This document shows, one piece after another, positions 11,546 to 33,100 of a DNA stretch of 64,000 bases. Each line of letters opens with the position of its first letter. Position 1 is the first letter of the stretch. Source of the DNA: Dimorphilus gyrociliatus (Eukaryota > Animalia > Annelida). The DNA is taken from positions 186,001 to 250,000 of the forward strand of contig CAJFCJ010000010.1 in assembly GCA_904063045.1 (NCBI GenBank), in the 5' to 3' direction. Made by a program: the position numbers and the translations under genes. The notes under the pieces are model-generated. The model was not told the DNA's origin. It did no database searches and saw nothing but the letters and a program-made list of their open reading frames with translations.

Positions 11546-14500
11546 TCATTTGTCGTGTCGGTCGGCATCGTTGTCTATCGTCGTTTCAGTTGTTGGATTG
11601 TCTTCTTTTTTCGTCTCTTCTTCATCAATCTTCTGAACTTCAGCGACATTCGTATTTTGCACTTGCCGTTGGGATTGCTTTATTTTGAAAGAAAGAAGCA
11701 TGTAAAAATAATTCAAGTTTTACTTTAATTACCAAATACACTAACCATTTGAATACTATGCTCTCTAACTCTATGTTTATATAGTTCGACAACGTAATTA
11801 GCCAATTGGGTAAGATCTTGAACAACAAATATATCTCCAGGTGGTTTTTCGTTATTCTTTCGATCTGATGGATATTTTTCAGATGGAGCGAGATGTAACT
11901 GAGTTGGTCTTTTCAAAAGCTTTATAATAAGACATTAAAATTCAATTTCAATTTAATAAATAAAGACTTGTTATAGTTTTTTACTTACAATATTAAATGC
12001 TGGAGTTAGTTCAAAACAGTTTTGAAAGAGTCCAACACGAGCAAATATATATAAACCCAGTCTAGCTCTCGACATTGCCACAACTAAACGGCGAACGTCT
12101 CTGTTAAAGATAGTAAACAAGCTTTAACAATATCAACAAATTTAAAAAACAATTTCACCTTATATGACCAACATTCCTAGTTTTAACCAAAGATAATAGA
12201 ATATAATCATTCTGTTGTCCCTGATATCTATCCACTGTTGTCACCTTAGATGGTAAGCCAAATAGAGGATTTCCTTCACAACGCTGTTTTATTACATCAC
12301 GGATTAAATGCTTTTGACCATTGTAAGTTGTCAAAATGGTGATTTTTTCTGCTGGATATCCTTGTAATCGCATATACATATATAATGCAACAAGATATTC
12401 CGCTTCACCCAAATTTTGATAAAAGAAGGGGTTCGGCTCTGTTTCACCGACATCTTGAAAATCTTCTACGTTTATTACTTGATAATCAAAACAGAAACCA
12501 GAATTCGCGAGGGAAAATTCTGGGTGCTGATGAACATGAGGAAGATCGGATAATTTTTTGTATCTCCACTTATATAGGGACGATATTCTGGAAATAGACA
12601 TGTTTAGAATAGATATATATATATATATATATATACAGTATATATAATTTGGGATACTTACGATGAGCGAGCTCTGCCTTGAGCATCAAGATCCACAGTT
12701 GGAACACCTAAACGAACTAATCTTGAGAAAAGTGACTGCTCCATATTGGAAAATTTTTGAAAAGCCATATTTTTAATAACAGGTGGCAACTGATGATGAT
12801 CCCCGATCATTATCCATCTTTTCAGTCTATTATGACCGTGTTCAGGGTTCTTGAATGGAAAGAATTTATTAATGCATCATTATGTAAATGTAAATAATTT
12901 CCCTACTTGTAATAAGAGAGGAATAAATGTTTCGATTTCCAAAATCTGAGCAGCTTCTTCCATAAGTATATTATCAAATTGAAATCCAGCTTTTGTTAAG
13001 TCAAATCGTTTTAAGGCGGCATGAGTGCAAGTCATAGCAATTATTTTTGCTTCTTTTATTAATAAATATCTTGCTCTTTCTGTGCCTGTTCGTAATAATT
13101 CAAAAGCTTGGAACTCCTATTTAAAAAAAAACGATTATCAACCTTGTCATTGTGATATAAAAAAATATTAAGTACTACCTCTAACTGCTGAAATAGTTTA
13201 CGGATATGCCTAAAACAACCCTCTGCAATATTCATATCATCTTCAAAGTTCACACCTTTAAAGAGTGGTTGGGGAGCGTTAGAGAAATATTTGTGATAAG
13301 GGAAATATTCTATTATTTTTTCTGGGGTTTTTTCCTATTAAAATAAAAAATATCAATAAAACGAATTCAATTTCGTTAATAAAAAAATTCAATTTACTTG
13401 AGCTTTCCTAATCTTATCTAAAAACACCTCCCATCGAGAGTAGACATGGTAGAGGTAAAAATGACCAGCAGTCTCGCAAGTGTACGCAACATCTCCGGGA
13501 ACTTCCAAGCTTTTTTGTAATCTTTCAACTTCCTCTAACAGTTCAATTCGTTTTGCCAATACATAGTTAACTCGCCCGTAGCGACTAAAGTCCTTATCAG
13601 TTTCTAAAGACTCTTCACCATGACCTAAACGTAAGAGATGGCGTTCATCAATATCTAATGCCATAATTTTCTCAAAGAGTTGATTCAGAGCCTAAAGCGC
13701 AAACAGGCAGAAAATTCAATACTCATGTAATTAATGTCTAAGTATATTATTCCATACCTGATTAGAATGAGTAACTATTAGTGTCCGTTGATTTGGGCAA
13801 TTATGATAGATATTTGAGATGATTTGTACAGCAACATCGGTTTTACCTGTACCAGGTGGACCAACAACGATAGTTAACCCAGGTTGCATTCCAGATTTGA
13901 TAGCTTCTACTTGAGTCGGTGTAAACCGAACCTGGTTACTGTTATGAGAATTCATTAATTATCACAATAGATTGATATTTGAGAAAGTGATGTACCTCTT
14001 TGGTTTATTGTACGGATATGGTCCTTGATTAAGAGGTGTATATGGCTCAACAACAAGTTCTTTTATATCATCGTCATTAGTGTTAGTCTTTCTTTTTGAT
14101 CTTTTAGCAGGTCTTTCAGCTGAAGGGTCACGTCTCGGAAAAGTTAATCTATTGGAAAGCAAAGAAATAGCTTTTTTTTAGTTTTATTTTCTAACAAAAT
14201 ACAAACTTGAAAGGAGGACTTATATCATTTTCTGATGCATCGTCTTTGAAGGTAATTTTATGATCCGGAAAAGATGCTTTTAAGTGATCGAAACTTAAAA
14301 AAGTGTCTTTCCAATCCAGTTTTTCTATGAAGTCTGATAATCTGCAAATTGAAACATAGCAATTAGATTAAAATAAAATATTTAATTTACAAAATATACT
14401 TTGAATAGTGTGCTGATCCAGGATCCCCATATCCCAAAATTATATCATGCAACCAGTCTGGTACAACGCATTCAGTATTCATTAAACTTCGAATTGTTTC

Positions 14501-17250
14501 AAGAACAGCTTTAAAATTATTTTCCTTTGGCTTTCTTCTCAAAATTACATTAAATGATTCATAAACATCATCGGCTCCCTCTTCAAGGGTTGCTGTTATA
14601 TCCTGCTGGTACTGATTAGGGTCTAATTTCACCCGAAATGATCTCTTCGAATCAGTATAGTTAGGTTTGCTGTCTAATCCTTCTTCAAGAATACGACCAT
14701 TTTCATCAAGAAGACCTTCAACTTCACAACCTCTCACGTAAACAAGACCAACTTGAGGTATAAACGGTGCTTTGAAATCGTATTGGGTACCAATTGGTTG
14801 GGTAGGTCTTATTGTTAGCAAAAGTGCAACGTCGTGCTTCCTCAATTCTTTTATAAAGAGATTCAAGATTAGAGTTTTTTTAAACTAAAAAGTATATTTT
14901 CTTACTTTCCCATTCGCTTTTAACATCCTGTTTAAGAGCAAGATTGACTGTTATGTCAGCTCGAACTCTTGATGGATGATTTTCTCCAATATTTGGCTTA
15001 GCAACCTCGACTACAACAAACGACTCCAAGGGAAGCGCCATCCTTGACCATCCTCCGAAATGGGCGCTGCCATCCTCGGATTTCCAAGGTTTCATACGGC
15101 TGACAGCCGATTCAATATCTTGTCGAATTTCATAAGTTGACTCCAATCGGAATAGATGAAAATTTCTGAGCAAATAGTCATGTAGAGTCAAAAATTGTAA
15201 ATTCAACTTTGGTAAAGCTAGGCAAGCTGTAAGGATTGCTTCCATAAAAACATGTCAAAATTTTATAAACTTAAACAAACCATCGCCATTATAATATTGC
15301 ATAGGAACAATATTTTCGTCCCAAATTATCTGTTCAGTAGGATAAAGTGGTAGTTCGTTAAGCATATCCAATTGAGATCTTCTTCTTTCATGATAAGAAA
15401 CCTTGAAAATATAAAAAAGAAAAACTTATTGTATAAAAAAAATAATATGAATGTTTAACTAACAAGAATTTCCAGTAGTATTTTTGTTTTAAATTGCTCT
15501 TTTTCTTCTTCTTCTTCTTTGGGAGGAGGAATTAAGTTTAAGAAAGAAGCTATTTCGTGTAATTTCTTATTTCTGTATAAATAGATTAAAATGAGAAAAA
15601 AGGCACTAAAATAATATGAAAATTTCATTCCAAATAAAACTGTAACACAATGAACTTACGATAATGGTTTCAAATGGCTTAACAGATTTTCTCTGTCGTG
15701 AACTTGAGATACATTACACATCGAAAAATCGCGTAGTTCTTGAAAGTGTTTAAAGGCTGCTTTCTAACAGAGAAGAAATAAATTCATTAAAGAATACCAT
15801 TTCAAAGAAATACAGTACCTGTAACCGCACAACTCTGTTATAGTGTATATCAATCATTTCACTCTCCTTTAATGCTTCACCAGTGTGATCATTAATTTCA
15901 AACGACACGTAAAACGTCAACATATCTAATAATTGAGTAAATAGCTTCCCCTCTTCACACCTAACTAATCGGGATAAATTACATTTTGTAACAAAGTGAT
16001 TGTCGTTCAATAAAGTATTAAAAAATCTTCTTGTTGGTAACTGGGATTCAAGATCAATCAGAAATTCTAGGAATCTTTCGCAATAGTGTAATTTATCCAA
16101 ATCAATTTCTCCTATTCATTTAAAAAAACATAATAAGTAAATGATACATGAACGAATATAAGTATCATATGCTACCTTTCTTAGGAAAACTATTAAGAAT
16201 GTTTAGGAACTTCTCAACATGATTAAAAAGAAAGGATCTGTCAAAGTCAACGTTTTTCTTTTCTTTTTCATCCAATTTAGCATCCTTTTTCTGAATCGCA
16301 TTCCAATGTTTTTTATAAACTGCGTGTTGTTCAAAAATTTCTTCAAGGCGATTCTAAAATAATTTTATAAATAACAAATTTCTCGATTAATAATAAAATC
16401 TTACTTCTTGTAAATTCTTCCAAATAGATAGTTTAACGACTCGCTGTATTTGCTCTCTAATGAGATCGACTTCCTAAAATGTAATTAAATAGCGTAGAAT
16501 TTATTAAACATGGATATTAATTTGATAATGTGAAAAAACTTACAAGACTATTGAATGCGTGTATCAGAAAAATTAAAATAACAGTTTGAACTTTAGGTGA
16601 TAAATTTTCATTTAAACTCAGTTCATATGCTCTTCTCATAAACCCCTCAAAATTTTCTGGATTACGTTTAAAGGGCTAAAAGTTAAAAACTTCTGTTAAG
16701 TAAATAAAACAGCATTAATTTTAGCTCTTCATACCTCCCATGCGGGTACTCTTTCCCGAAATTTTTCATTAACCATAGCAATTATAGAAATTAAATGTTC
16801 ATTCGAGGACTGATCAGTATAAAGACCATGTTAGTTATACATTTTAATGAGTCAAAATGACGCTACATTTTACCTTTTCTGTATCAAAATGAGGCCAAAG
16901 AAATTTTTCTAGATATTGACTGAATTCCAACATCATACATCGTCTCGATGAAAATCTAGAGAAAGTTAAAAATCGTATTTTAATAAATAATTTAATCAGA
17001 AACAATTTATAGCAAAAATTTACCCTGATCCGATTATTTCATTTTCATAGATTTTTTCAACAATGTCTGAATCAAAAGGCTTTCTTGAATCGCCTCCTGG
17101 CAACCAGTATTGGGTGGCAATCTAATAGAAAATTTTAAATGATAATATCTTTAAAAAAGAAAGTTTTATATATGTATAAAAAAATACCTGAAGCAATGCA
17201 TCTTGGTGAATTTGGTCAACTGTTATTCCACTTTTTTCTTGAGAAGACAT
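11546..17250 (-). CDS. AQR: RNA helicase aquarius (intron-binding spliceosomal SF1 helicase)
   Basis: Multi-exon, every intron I traced is GT-AG. N-terminus [19 protein letters not shown], then [22 protein letters not shown], Walker [31 protein letters not shown] and [19 protein letters not shown]. Confidence 0.97.
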
Positions 17251-18005
17251 AACTGATTGATCAACTGATTTCGTACTAGATGAAACAAAGTAACACTTAT
17301 AAAAAAATCAGCTTTCACATTTAAACAGATATCAAACATCGTGTTTTACTGCATTACATTATCGCTCATTTAGCCATTAGTATTAATATTCAATTTTACT
17401 ATGTGATAGAACAAGCTATTTCTAAATCGTATATGAATTTCAAAGAAATATTAAAACTTACATTGTTAATATAAGGAATCCAAATGCGTTAGTCAAACGG
17501 AGATCGGCGATTCAATATCGCTAACAACCGAAATCAGTTCCAAAATTGCATTCAGTATTTCGTAGTCCACAAATGGCAGGAAATTATTATAGTCATTAAA
17601 CTTCATATATTCTCTTAAAAAACTTATTGTAATAAATGATTTTCAAATAAAGTAACTATAAAATTTTTTAGTATGGAATGATCAAAAATTAAAAGAATTT
17701 ATAAATTTTAAAATTCTCTAGCAAAGCGTATTTTTCACGTTTCTCATCCACAAGCTTTTTTTTTTAGCAATTTTAATTACTTGAGAGAGATATTTCTCTT
17801 TAAATTTAAAATAGATAATATTATCTTCAAGTAAAATATTTAAAAGTTCATCAACTATAATTACTGAACGGCAATACACTTGAATTGCGCTTAATTTTAA
17901 TTACGATATATGTGGCTTTGAAGATTATTTAAATATGTGGATAATGAACAACAATCTCTCTACTATAACTTCTAAAACACTAGACAGTCGAATATTTCAT
18001 TTTAA

Positions 18006-18014
18006 GTCACGTGA
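18006..18014. promoter_or_regulatory. E-box GTCACGTGA in the AQR/POLE divergent promoter
   Basis: Exact USF/TFEB-type E-box in the 1.08-kb head-to-head interval. An E2F-like TTTGCGCG also lies near 18270. Confidence 0.4.
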
Positions 18015-18328
18015 TGTTATTTGTCCGAACTATTTATTTAGCCAATGGTATAAACTTTAGGTAATCTTTGGTAATACGTTCTGCAAACAAACTTTCACTT
18101 CCCATACTATTAAAAAATAGATTTTAAGATTTATGATATTAAAAAACTGAAATCAAAGTGTTTAAGAATATTTATTTAGTCGTAAAAGAGCGTAATACGA
18201 TTCAGCTATTAGGTATTTTACTATTTAATCTTAAACGCTGAAGATTTTAACGCTGTGGGTGCGTAAATTTTGCGCGCTTTCCTAATCAGTGAATAACAAG
18301 AGAGAAAACTGACTTTTTTAAATGAAAA

Positions 18329-25102
<6,774 letters not shown>

Positions 25103-25311
25103 TGGAGTTAGAGCAATGTTTTAAGTTATTGTTACAATATATAAAGTATTTATACATTGTGGAAGAATCTACATCTGATTTGAAATTTGACTAGACAAGA
25201 AAAGAATATAAATTTAACGTCAAAATGAAACTATTGATAGAAAAATACTGAAAATTAAGAATTACGTTTGTATTAATATATATATATATACCGTATATAA
25301 ACTTTTATATA

Positions 25312-25315
<4 letters not shown>

Positions 25316-25355
<40 letters not shown>
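25316..25355. repeat. (TA)n microsatellite; others at about 12613-12634, 36935-36960, 51930-51966 and 57404-57433
   Basis: Direct dinucleotide runs. Confidence 0.9.
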
Positions 25356-25357
<2 letters not shown>

Positions 25358-25458
25358 TGAGTGAAGTGTCACCTGCTAATATAGTTTCCATTTTAATGAG
25401 TAATTTATTTAGACAAAGGTACAAGATCTTAATCAAATTTTTTCTTTTATGAAAAGAA

Positions 25459-26605
25459 TTAATTGAATATTTTTTTACCATTAACCACTCTTTTTACTGT
25501 AAATATCACGGCAGCTATTGAAGAAAGGTATAACGTCCATTTCAAAGTTTTGCTTAATAACGAAGACTCTCTCGTTGGAATACTGAAAAATTTGAAAAAC
25601 TTGAGTTTTTCCTCTCATGTGGTTTTTAGTGAAGATGTTTCACTTAGTTTCCTTACCTTAATAAATGACTACAATCGTCATATTTCAACCAATTTTTTAC
25701 TATGCCTTTTACATGGCCAATGCCTACAACAGCAACTATTGAACCGTTAGCGATAGATGAAGCTTTGGCTATGCTGGTGGATAGGTATTCATCTCTCTCA
25801 TTTAGAAGAACATGAGTAAACTGTGGCATTGATTTTGCTGCTTCTAATAACAAATCGTCTAATACATCGCTCTTCTTACAACGTTCAACTTCTTCTTTAG
25901 AAATGCCCTCTCTTGAACTTGTTACAGCACTTATTAAAAGTTTAAGTCGTTGCCACCAATTAAGGGCAGCTAAGGCACGACTGATAGTAATATTTATAGG
26001 TCTATCACCCAAAATTATCCTGCATTCGTTTTCCAGCTCGTTAGCAGCAACAACAGCAGCTCGAAATTCTCCACCTGGAGCCATTCCAAGTTGTTTGGTT
26101 ATATGAGCCGATAACCATAATAGTACTATATGGAGCAGTCCTGGTACAGTGCCATTCGACTTAATTATCATTCGAATTTTAGCTATAGTTAGCTCTGAAG
26201 CTTCTTTTAATAAAGTTTCTTTATCCATACTCAGAACATGCCGTCTGCTTGCACATAGTTCTAGGACGATGACATCTGGTTTAACTTTCTGAATCGTTTG
26301 TATAACATCTCTTTCACTTTCTTCGCTAAAATGCGCCGTACCAATCAAATAGACAGTGTTTTGATGAGGTCCTTTTAATAGAGTGACAGTCTCTGGTAGA
26401 TCTGAAAGGTAAAAGTATTACTAGTCATGTGAGCGATAATAAGTTTCACCTGACGCAAACATATGATTTGCAACATCGTAGCTATTTGTCAAATAGCATT
26501 GAAAATCACTAAGTTTTTGTTTAATGGAGTTGTAACAGAGCTTGAAAAATTATGAGTCTATACTAAAAGATATAAAAATCAAGGAAAAAAACCTTCTTCA
26601 CTCAT
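25459..26605 (-). CDS. TRABD: TraB domain-containing protein
   Basis: VYLIGTAHFSEESERDV, PDVIVLELCASR, GMAPGGEFRAA, LGDRPINITISRA, LLNERDEYL, VAVVGIGHVKGI, and a C-terminal TM exon ending at 25459. The first micro-exon (26605-26593, MSEE) is tentative. Confidence 0.92.
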
Positions 26606-27032
26606 TGCGGAGTATTGAGGGTTGCAATTCGTATAAAAAGTAATTACTAGTTGAAGGAACCAGGCTTTTTTTAAATTAATCTTCGATGAAAACAGAATCT
26701 TCGAGCTACATATAACTTTTTAACATTCAATAATAACATTAACCTTATAAAAAATGTATTTTGTCTGCTTTTTTGTCTTTATATTGCATTTTTTATGAAT
26801 AAAAATAAGTTATTTACAGTGAATATAAGATGGACAAATTTATATTTGATTTACCAAGAAAAACTGGTTTACATCATATTTCGCTAATTTTTGGTATAGC
26901 ATAAAAACTAATTGAACAAAACAATCATCTTAAATTTATAGACAATGTTTAAACAATTATTATAAAAACGGAATAAAATCTTTACGTCGATCATATTCAA
27001 CTAACTCCGTAGGTGATGATATAAAAGTAAAT

Positions 27033-27452
27033 ATGATTGTTAATGATCAGACTGCCGGCTATTTGATAATAAGTATTTCATCGTTAGGATTTACATACTA
27101 TACAATTTGGATGATAATTCTAGTTTGTTTTCTTTTTAAATATTAAAATGTAATATAACTAGAAATCTTATTTATCACACAGCCTTTTGTCCACGAAAGC
27201 AGTATTATACATTCGTATTTTCCAGATAAATTATATGGCTTAATTGTACCTACTTTATTTGGTATATTTGCTCTAACATTATTAGGTAGCAGTTATTCTC
27301 TATTAATTACTTCTTTATTCTAAATAAATATATATACAGTATATATATATATATATATTTGTATAGAGATATATATTCCTGCAGGTTTCTACGCCCTGAA
27401 ATTTTCTTTCAAGCAGAAGAAAGAAGACAACTTGTTGAAAAAAAGCAAATAA
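27033..27452 (+). CDS. DPM2: Dolichol-phosphate mannose synthase regulatory subunit 2 (missed by the ORF track)
   Basis: Three exons splice to MIVNDQTAGYLIISISSLGFTYYTIWMIILPFVHESSIIHSYFPDKLYGLIVPTLFGIFALTLLGFYALKFSFKQKK..., matching the DPM2 FTYYTxWxILLPF...HxYF signature. Confidence 0.92.
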
Positions 27453-27900
27453 TTTTTCCTTCTTACGTGATTTTTTTCCTTCAAATAAAATATATAAAAA
27501 ATCTATTCAGAATGAATCTTTCTCTGTAATTTTTTTATTATTTTAGTACTTCTCAATAAGTTTATCAATACTTTCTTCTATAGTAAGAACTGTAAATAGT
27601 TTCTTAATAAAGCATTACAAATAACACATTTGCTCTTTACTCTTAAAGGCAGTTGCTTATCTGAAGTATACATATATAATTACCAAAACTAAATTTAATC
27701 AGTTCTTACCACTTTTAAAGGCTAAAAATAAGCAAAACTAGACTTTCGTAACTACACTTGTTTTCAAAGTTAATTACAGTGTCCGGTTTATGGACTTTGC
27801 TATGTAAACTTAGCGGTCAAGGACGTTGACATAGAAGATATATCTCGGAAAAAAATTCTAAATTTTCCCTTCAAATATTGGATCTAGATAAACTGTAAAA

Positions 27901-29615
27901 ATGTCGAGAGCTAGCGAAGACGTTCTTTTAATAATAAAACATGTTAGACACAAAAAAACGGACGGAGAGCTATACTTAATGAGTGAACGCATGGCGTGGA
28001 TGCAATCTAGTAAACGAAATTTCAACATATCTCATAATTATGCTGATATTAAGGTCCAAAAAATATCCCCCGAGGCGAAGGAAAAGGTTCAATTGCAGAT
28101 CGTTCTTCATGATTCCGGAGCAAATACATTTCACTTCAATAATCCGGCTGGAAGAAAAGCTCAAAAGAAAGACCGTGAAGAAGTAAAGGAGCTTCTTCAA
28201 CAATTGCTACCTAAATTTAGAGTACAAGTCAATTCTGAACTAGTAGAAAAGAACCGCATTCTCCAAGAAGATCCACAGCTTTTCCAACTGTACAAAGAGT
28301 TGGTTGTAACTGGTATAATGCCTGCTGAAGAATTTTGGTAAGATTTTTGATTTATAGGAAAACTTCTCTTTGTTTATATAAGTTAATTGCAGCTAATTGA
28401 TTTATAGATAGTCTTAAATATATATAAAACATTACATTGACAAGAAATATTTTTGCTAGGACTTTCATGGACGAGAAAAAGAAGAAAAATATTAATCTAG
28501 CTCAAAAGGTTGGCATTACTCCCGACTTTCTTTCTCTAGTCAGAACGGAGGCCAGTGGAGCAAACGAACTAAATTATAAACTGACTAAAGATATTATTGA
28601 AAGTATATTTCGCGCGTACCCAGCAGTTTATAAAAAATATATGGAAAATGTGCCAACTGTAATGAAAGAAGAAGAATTTTGGCATAAATTCTTCCAATCT
28701 TATTATTTTCATAAAGAACGCTTAGATATTCGTAAAGATTTTTTCTCTGATTGCTCGAAAAATGACGAAGAAGTAATTGAAAAGTGCAAAGAAAAGTGCA
28801 GTAACGATCCAGTTCTTAATATGAGATCAATGTACGATAGAGATATCGACGAAGCTTACGGACAAAATGAAAAAGTGATAGCTGATCCTTCACCACTTAT
28901 TAAAAGGCTAAATCAACATTCGACCATGGTTTTAACAGCGGTTTCCAACACTCCCATCGATCATTCAAAGAGGCCAGCCGAAGGGCCTTTAGATGATGCC
29001 GCATCGGCGAAACGCATAAAACTCCAAGAATTAACAAAAATACCCGATTTGGCAACAGAGGAAACTGCAGAGGGCATAAGATTGAAATTAAAAAGACCCG
29101 ATCACTATTTATGTGGATTACATTATGCTCATGAAGCTTTGGAGGATCATATGGATCCAAGTTTATTTTCCCAAGATAATTTCTATAGAAATAAGCAAGC
29201 TTACGAATTTTCACTTCCGAGAGTTTCACACGCATCTAACACAGCATTAAATGTATTAAGTAGCCTCGATAATGCAGCAAACAGTAGGGTAGCTGCTCGA
29301 GAGAATGCCGCTGAGAATCTAATTCCGAAAGATATTAAATCAGAAGTAATTCTTATATACAAGTCCGGCTATGAGTTATTGAAACACTTTTGGGCTTGCT
29401 TTCCCTTAAACTCTACTCCTATAAGAAACAGAGCAAATCAAATGAAAGAAAACCTCGAGAAATTTCAACAGATGAAAATGAAGCCTCTACTAGATAAATT
29501 ATCCAATCACGCTGTTAGCGATTTAAAGCTATTAGATCACTTGAATAAAATGTTCGATGTGGCTTTTGGTAAATACAGAACGTACAAAACAAAATTGGCC
29601 CAGAACAAAGGCTAA
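27901..29615 (+). CDS. GTF2H1: TFIIH subunit p62
   Basis: Exons 27901-28337 and 28460-29615. PH domain [12 protein letters not shown]...[23 protein letters not shown] domains [20 protein letters not shown] and [11 protein letters not shown]...[16 protein letters not shown]-terminal [11 protein letters not shown]. Confidence 0.96.
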
Positions 29616-29883
29616 CAACATTCAAACTCTTGCTCTCGTATTGTGAATAATCAAGAATTCCAAAACTTTTACATTTACATGTTTACCTTTGTCCCGTTGT
29701 ATTATTCAATATCATCCTATGGAGTAACGAAAATACATTTTTTGTACTTGGCCCATTTTATTTTCAAGTATATTTATATTATTGTACTCTTATAATGCAT
29801 AGCTTTTCCAAGTAAATGATAAATGGGTTTCATTTAAATCTTGTCGTAATTTTTCATATAAAATATTGAAGTCAATAAAAATT

Positions 29884-30173
29884 ATGCAGAGGAAAGGAAC
29901 TTTCTTAACTCGGAAACAGCAGAGATTACGAGGTAAATACCTTAATAATATCTTATGAATCATGGGGCGTTGGCTCGCATATGTTTTGGTCTTATTTATT
30001 TTTCCCATAAAGTCTCTATAACTTGGAAATTTTATGATATTTTTCTTATCCTAAGTTTTCCTTACACATGTCTAATGTTCCTAGATATGCTTAAATGCTG
30101 GCTGTTTCTTGCACAAAGTGTTTTATTTTTGAGCATGATACTTTGGAAACGACTAGTGGCGAGAGATAAATAA
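29884..30173 (+). CDS. Candidate 45-aa single-pass membrane microprotein (two exons)
   Basis: Exon 29884-29932, donor AG|GTAAAT, branch-like CTAAT then CCTAG acceptor, exon 30085-30173 in frame: MQRKGTFLTRKQQRLRDMLKCWLFLAQSVLFLSMILWKRLVARDK. No homologue recognised. Confidence 0.35.
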
Positions 30174-30198
30174 ATACAGTTTCTGATTCATAAAGCTT

Positions 30199-33100
30199 TT
30201 AGAATGGATTTATCTTTAGCCCACTACCAAGAGGTGAAAACTCACACACTTTTGCCCACATTAGAGCATCGCTTAATGATATTGCAGAGTTACCGTCATC
30301 TAAAATGAACGCTGGACCCTAGCAAAGGAAAAGTAAAAAAAGTGTGTTAACATCATATTCTCTTTAAATATATTTAATATTGTTTATTAATTAAAAAATA
30401 TAAAAACCTGGATCCTCGATGAGTCCAGTAGAGAGAAGTAGACATCCGAATGAGAAGGTAAATTTGATCCTGAAACGCAGTCCCCTCCAATTCCACCTGG
30501 CCAACATTCTTCTCCAACTCTCTGAAGAAGATCTTCCAATACTCCACAAGACTGAACACTATGACTAATTAATAGAGAGTAATATAGAAAATTACATTGA
30601 ATGGATAATTTAGCATATTGTATTTTTAGCTTACCAGATTTTTAGGTTTGCTTCATTTTCCTTCCAAGCTTCATATTCTGATGAAATTCTTGATAAACTC
30701 AGTGGTATTTGTAAATCATTATGCTTAGTCATTAAATATCTGTAATATTTCATAAAGTAACATGACAGTTTTAGTTATAAACTTATTAAAGTTTTACAAA
30801 CATAACGAGTTTAAATAATGGTGATATTATACTCCAATATTGCCGCCTTATAGCTATTAATGTGCCGCAATAAGCGCTGATTATCTGTAAAGTAACACTT
30901 TGCCTATAAAAAAGAGAATATTTAAATAAATTATTAATGTTTAATTGAAATATATTAACTTGGTAAGATTTTCATGTCCCAATTTATCACTTCTAATACT
31001 GCTTAATAGGGTTACAATGTCATATATTTCATCAACTGTCCATGTGACTGATTTTATTTTTTCTGTGTTCAAATGCATTATAATGATATTACTTGAGATA
31101 TTTGCAAATAGTAAATTAATACAAGAAAACAACCTTGTATAAAATGTATTCCTAAGTCCAATCCAAGCTGAACATTGTTACTTATTATAAAATATTTTAT
31201 TGCATCCTTTATTCTACCAGATTCCATATATTGTCTGGCAATAATCTCGCAGTCATCAATTAATGGTATTCCAGCCTTTTATATAGTTGAAAAGAGAAAA
31301 TTTATTTTATACAATTTAATTCCATCGTCTTAAAACGTTTGAAATTACCTTTGAATGTAAATCGTTTATTTCATCCATACTTGCTGCCTGTCTGGCAAGA
31401 AATTTAAATAGGGCGTCGTTATTTTCCGGTAATAACCTCAGTAGATCGATGGCACAATTGCTAAATTATCAATAAAGAGAGAGAAGAAAAATATATTGAT
31501 AGGTAGCTTTATATAAATAATATAGTCACAAAAAAAAACACTATAGATATGCAGTAAATATAAATCTATCATAATCAAAATTCAAGCAAAAAAATACCCT
31601 ATTGTTTTCATGCATAGGAAAAATTAACAATATTATATCATGCTTGTTTTATTCTCCCCTAATTAATCATCCATCGTTTCATCATATTCATGCAATCCGA
31701 TGAAAATGAAACATACAGAGTAATAGATAAAGAAGAGACATAATATATACTGTATATATTTAACCTGCTATTAAATATTCCTGTTTCAGTCCTAATTAGT
31801 TTAGTGAGTTAATAAATGGTGAGAAAAATTTTTTACAACAATATAGAAGATAGTTAGAAAGAATTATATCTTTGTGAATTAGCTTCTTTTTTATCATTTT
31901 TCATTATCAATTATATATGCAATTAAAGTGAATAATTAATACATACCATTGAGCTATCTTTTCACATTTTCTAGCCAATAATTCAATAACCAATTGTCGT
32001 TGGGCAGTAACATCCGGTAAATAGGACGACAAACATAAAGCAAGCTCCAATTCATTACCTCTTATTAGTTTTTGCATTGATGACTATATAGGTTTATTTT
32101 GATAAATTAATATGAGAGAAAGAAAGGCATCTATCATACTCATTAGAATACCTTTGAATCGTCAACAGCTAGATGGCAGCATGCGGCCTTGACAGGTTGA
32201 CCAGATTTCAAGTAGTGATCTGCAAGGTTATTAGCTGTCGTTTTGAGTAGGCTACAATAGAAAAAAGTGAACGCTTTATAGTGCTTCTTTTGTACTTAAA
32301 GGTGACTTTAACTTACGCAAATGTTTCTGGATTTTCCTCTGATTCTTTGTAGCCATTTAAAGTGCTTCCTCTGGTTGCAATGGGTTTCTTAATCCAACCA
32401 TCGTGTGATGCCGCGGCTTTAATTTATAATAAGAACATTCTATAGAAAGTGAAGGTCATTTGAACAACGGGAAAAAAAAACTTACCTATGCAGAAACCTC
32501 TGTCGAATTGTCCTCTTTCATTATAATAGTCTATTAAGCCGTTTACATCCGCCAAAGCTGTGGCTATAGGTACAAAGTCATCATCTTCCTCTCGACGCAA
32601 TTCATCAGCCCTCTTTGACGCCAATTGACGCCAGTAATCTAAAGAAACGCTAGGTGCAACGGCTAATGCTTTATCCCAGAGTTTTAATTGTACTAATAAT
32701 TCACAGTAACGATGAATGTTGCCAACTCTAAGATGATCTTCGGCAGCCAATTTTATTTGATCTTCTTTACTAGGTGCAATAATGGAGCTGCTTTTTCCTC
32801 CTTGTTGTATCTCGGCAGTCTGAGCCTTTGCAGATTTAATACTAGCCAAGTGAGAGTAGTGTATAATACCATTTGAATAGGCCCCGGATAGAGAATCCAA
32901 GGAAGCACCCCTCAAAACATCTGTTAGATCCCAAATATTCGAATACGCTCCAGGTAAAGAGAATAATTGGGAAAAGCTTATTAACGATTCTGAATTATTT
33001 GATTGCTCCAAATTACCACGTATTTTACGTGATAGAGGGCCACAAAGTAAAGGGGGTCCTGATGGATTCAACGACACTTCTGCATAGTATAAGAAAAAAC

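Noticed and set aside
11170-11546. Operon or trans-splicing between AQR and MRPL30 (375 bp apart) and DPM2/GTF2H1 (448 bp apart)
   Set aside because: Short spacing alone is expected in a compact genome; no spliced-leader or outron evidence can be read from the sequence.
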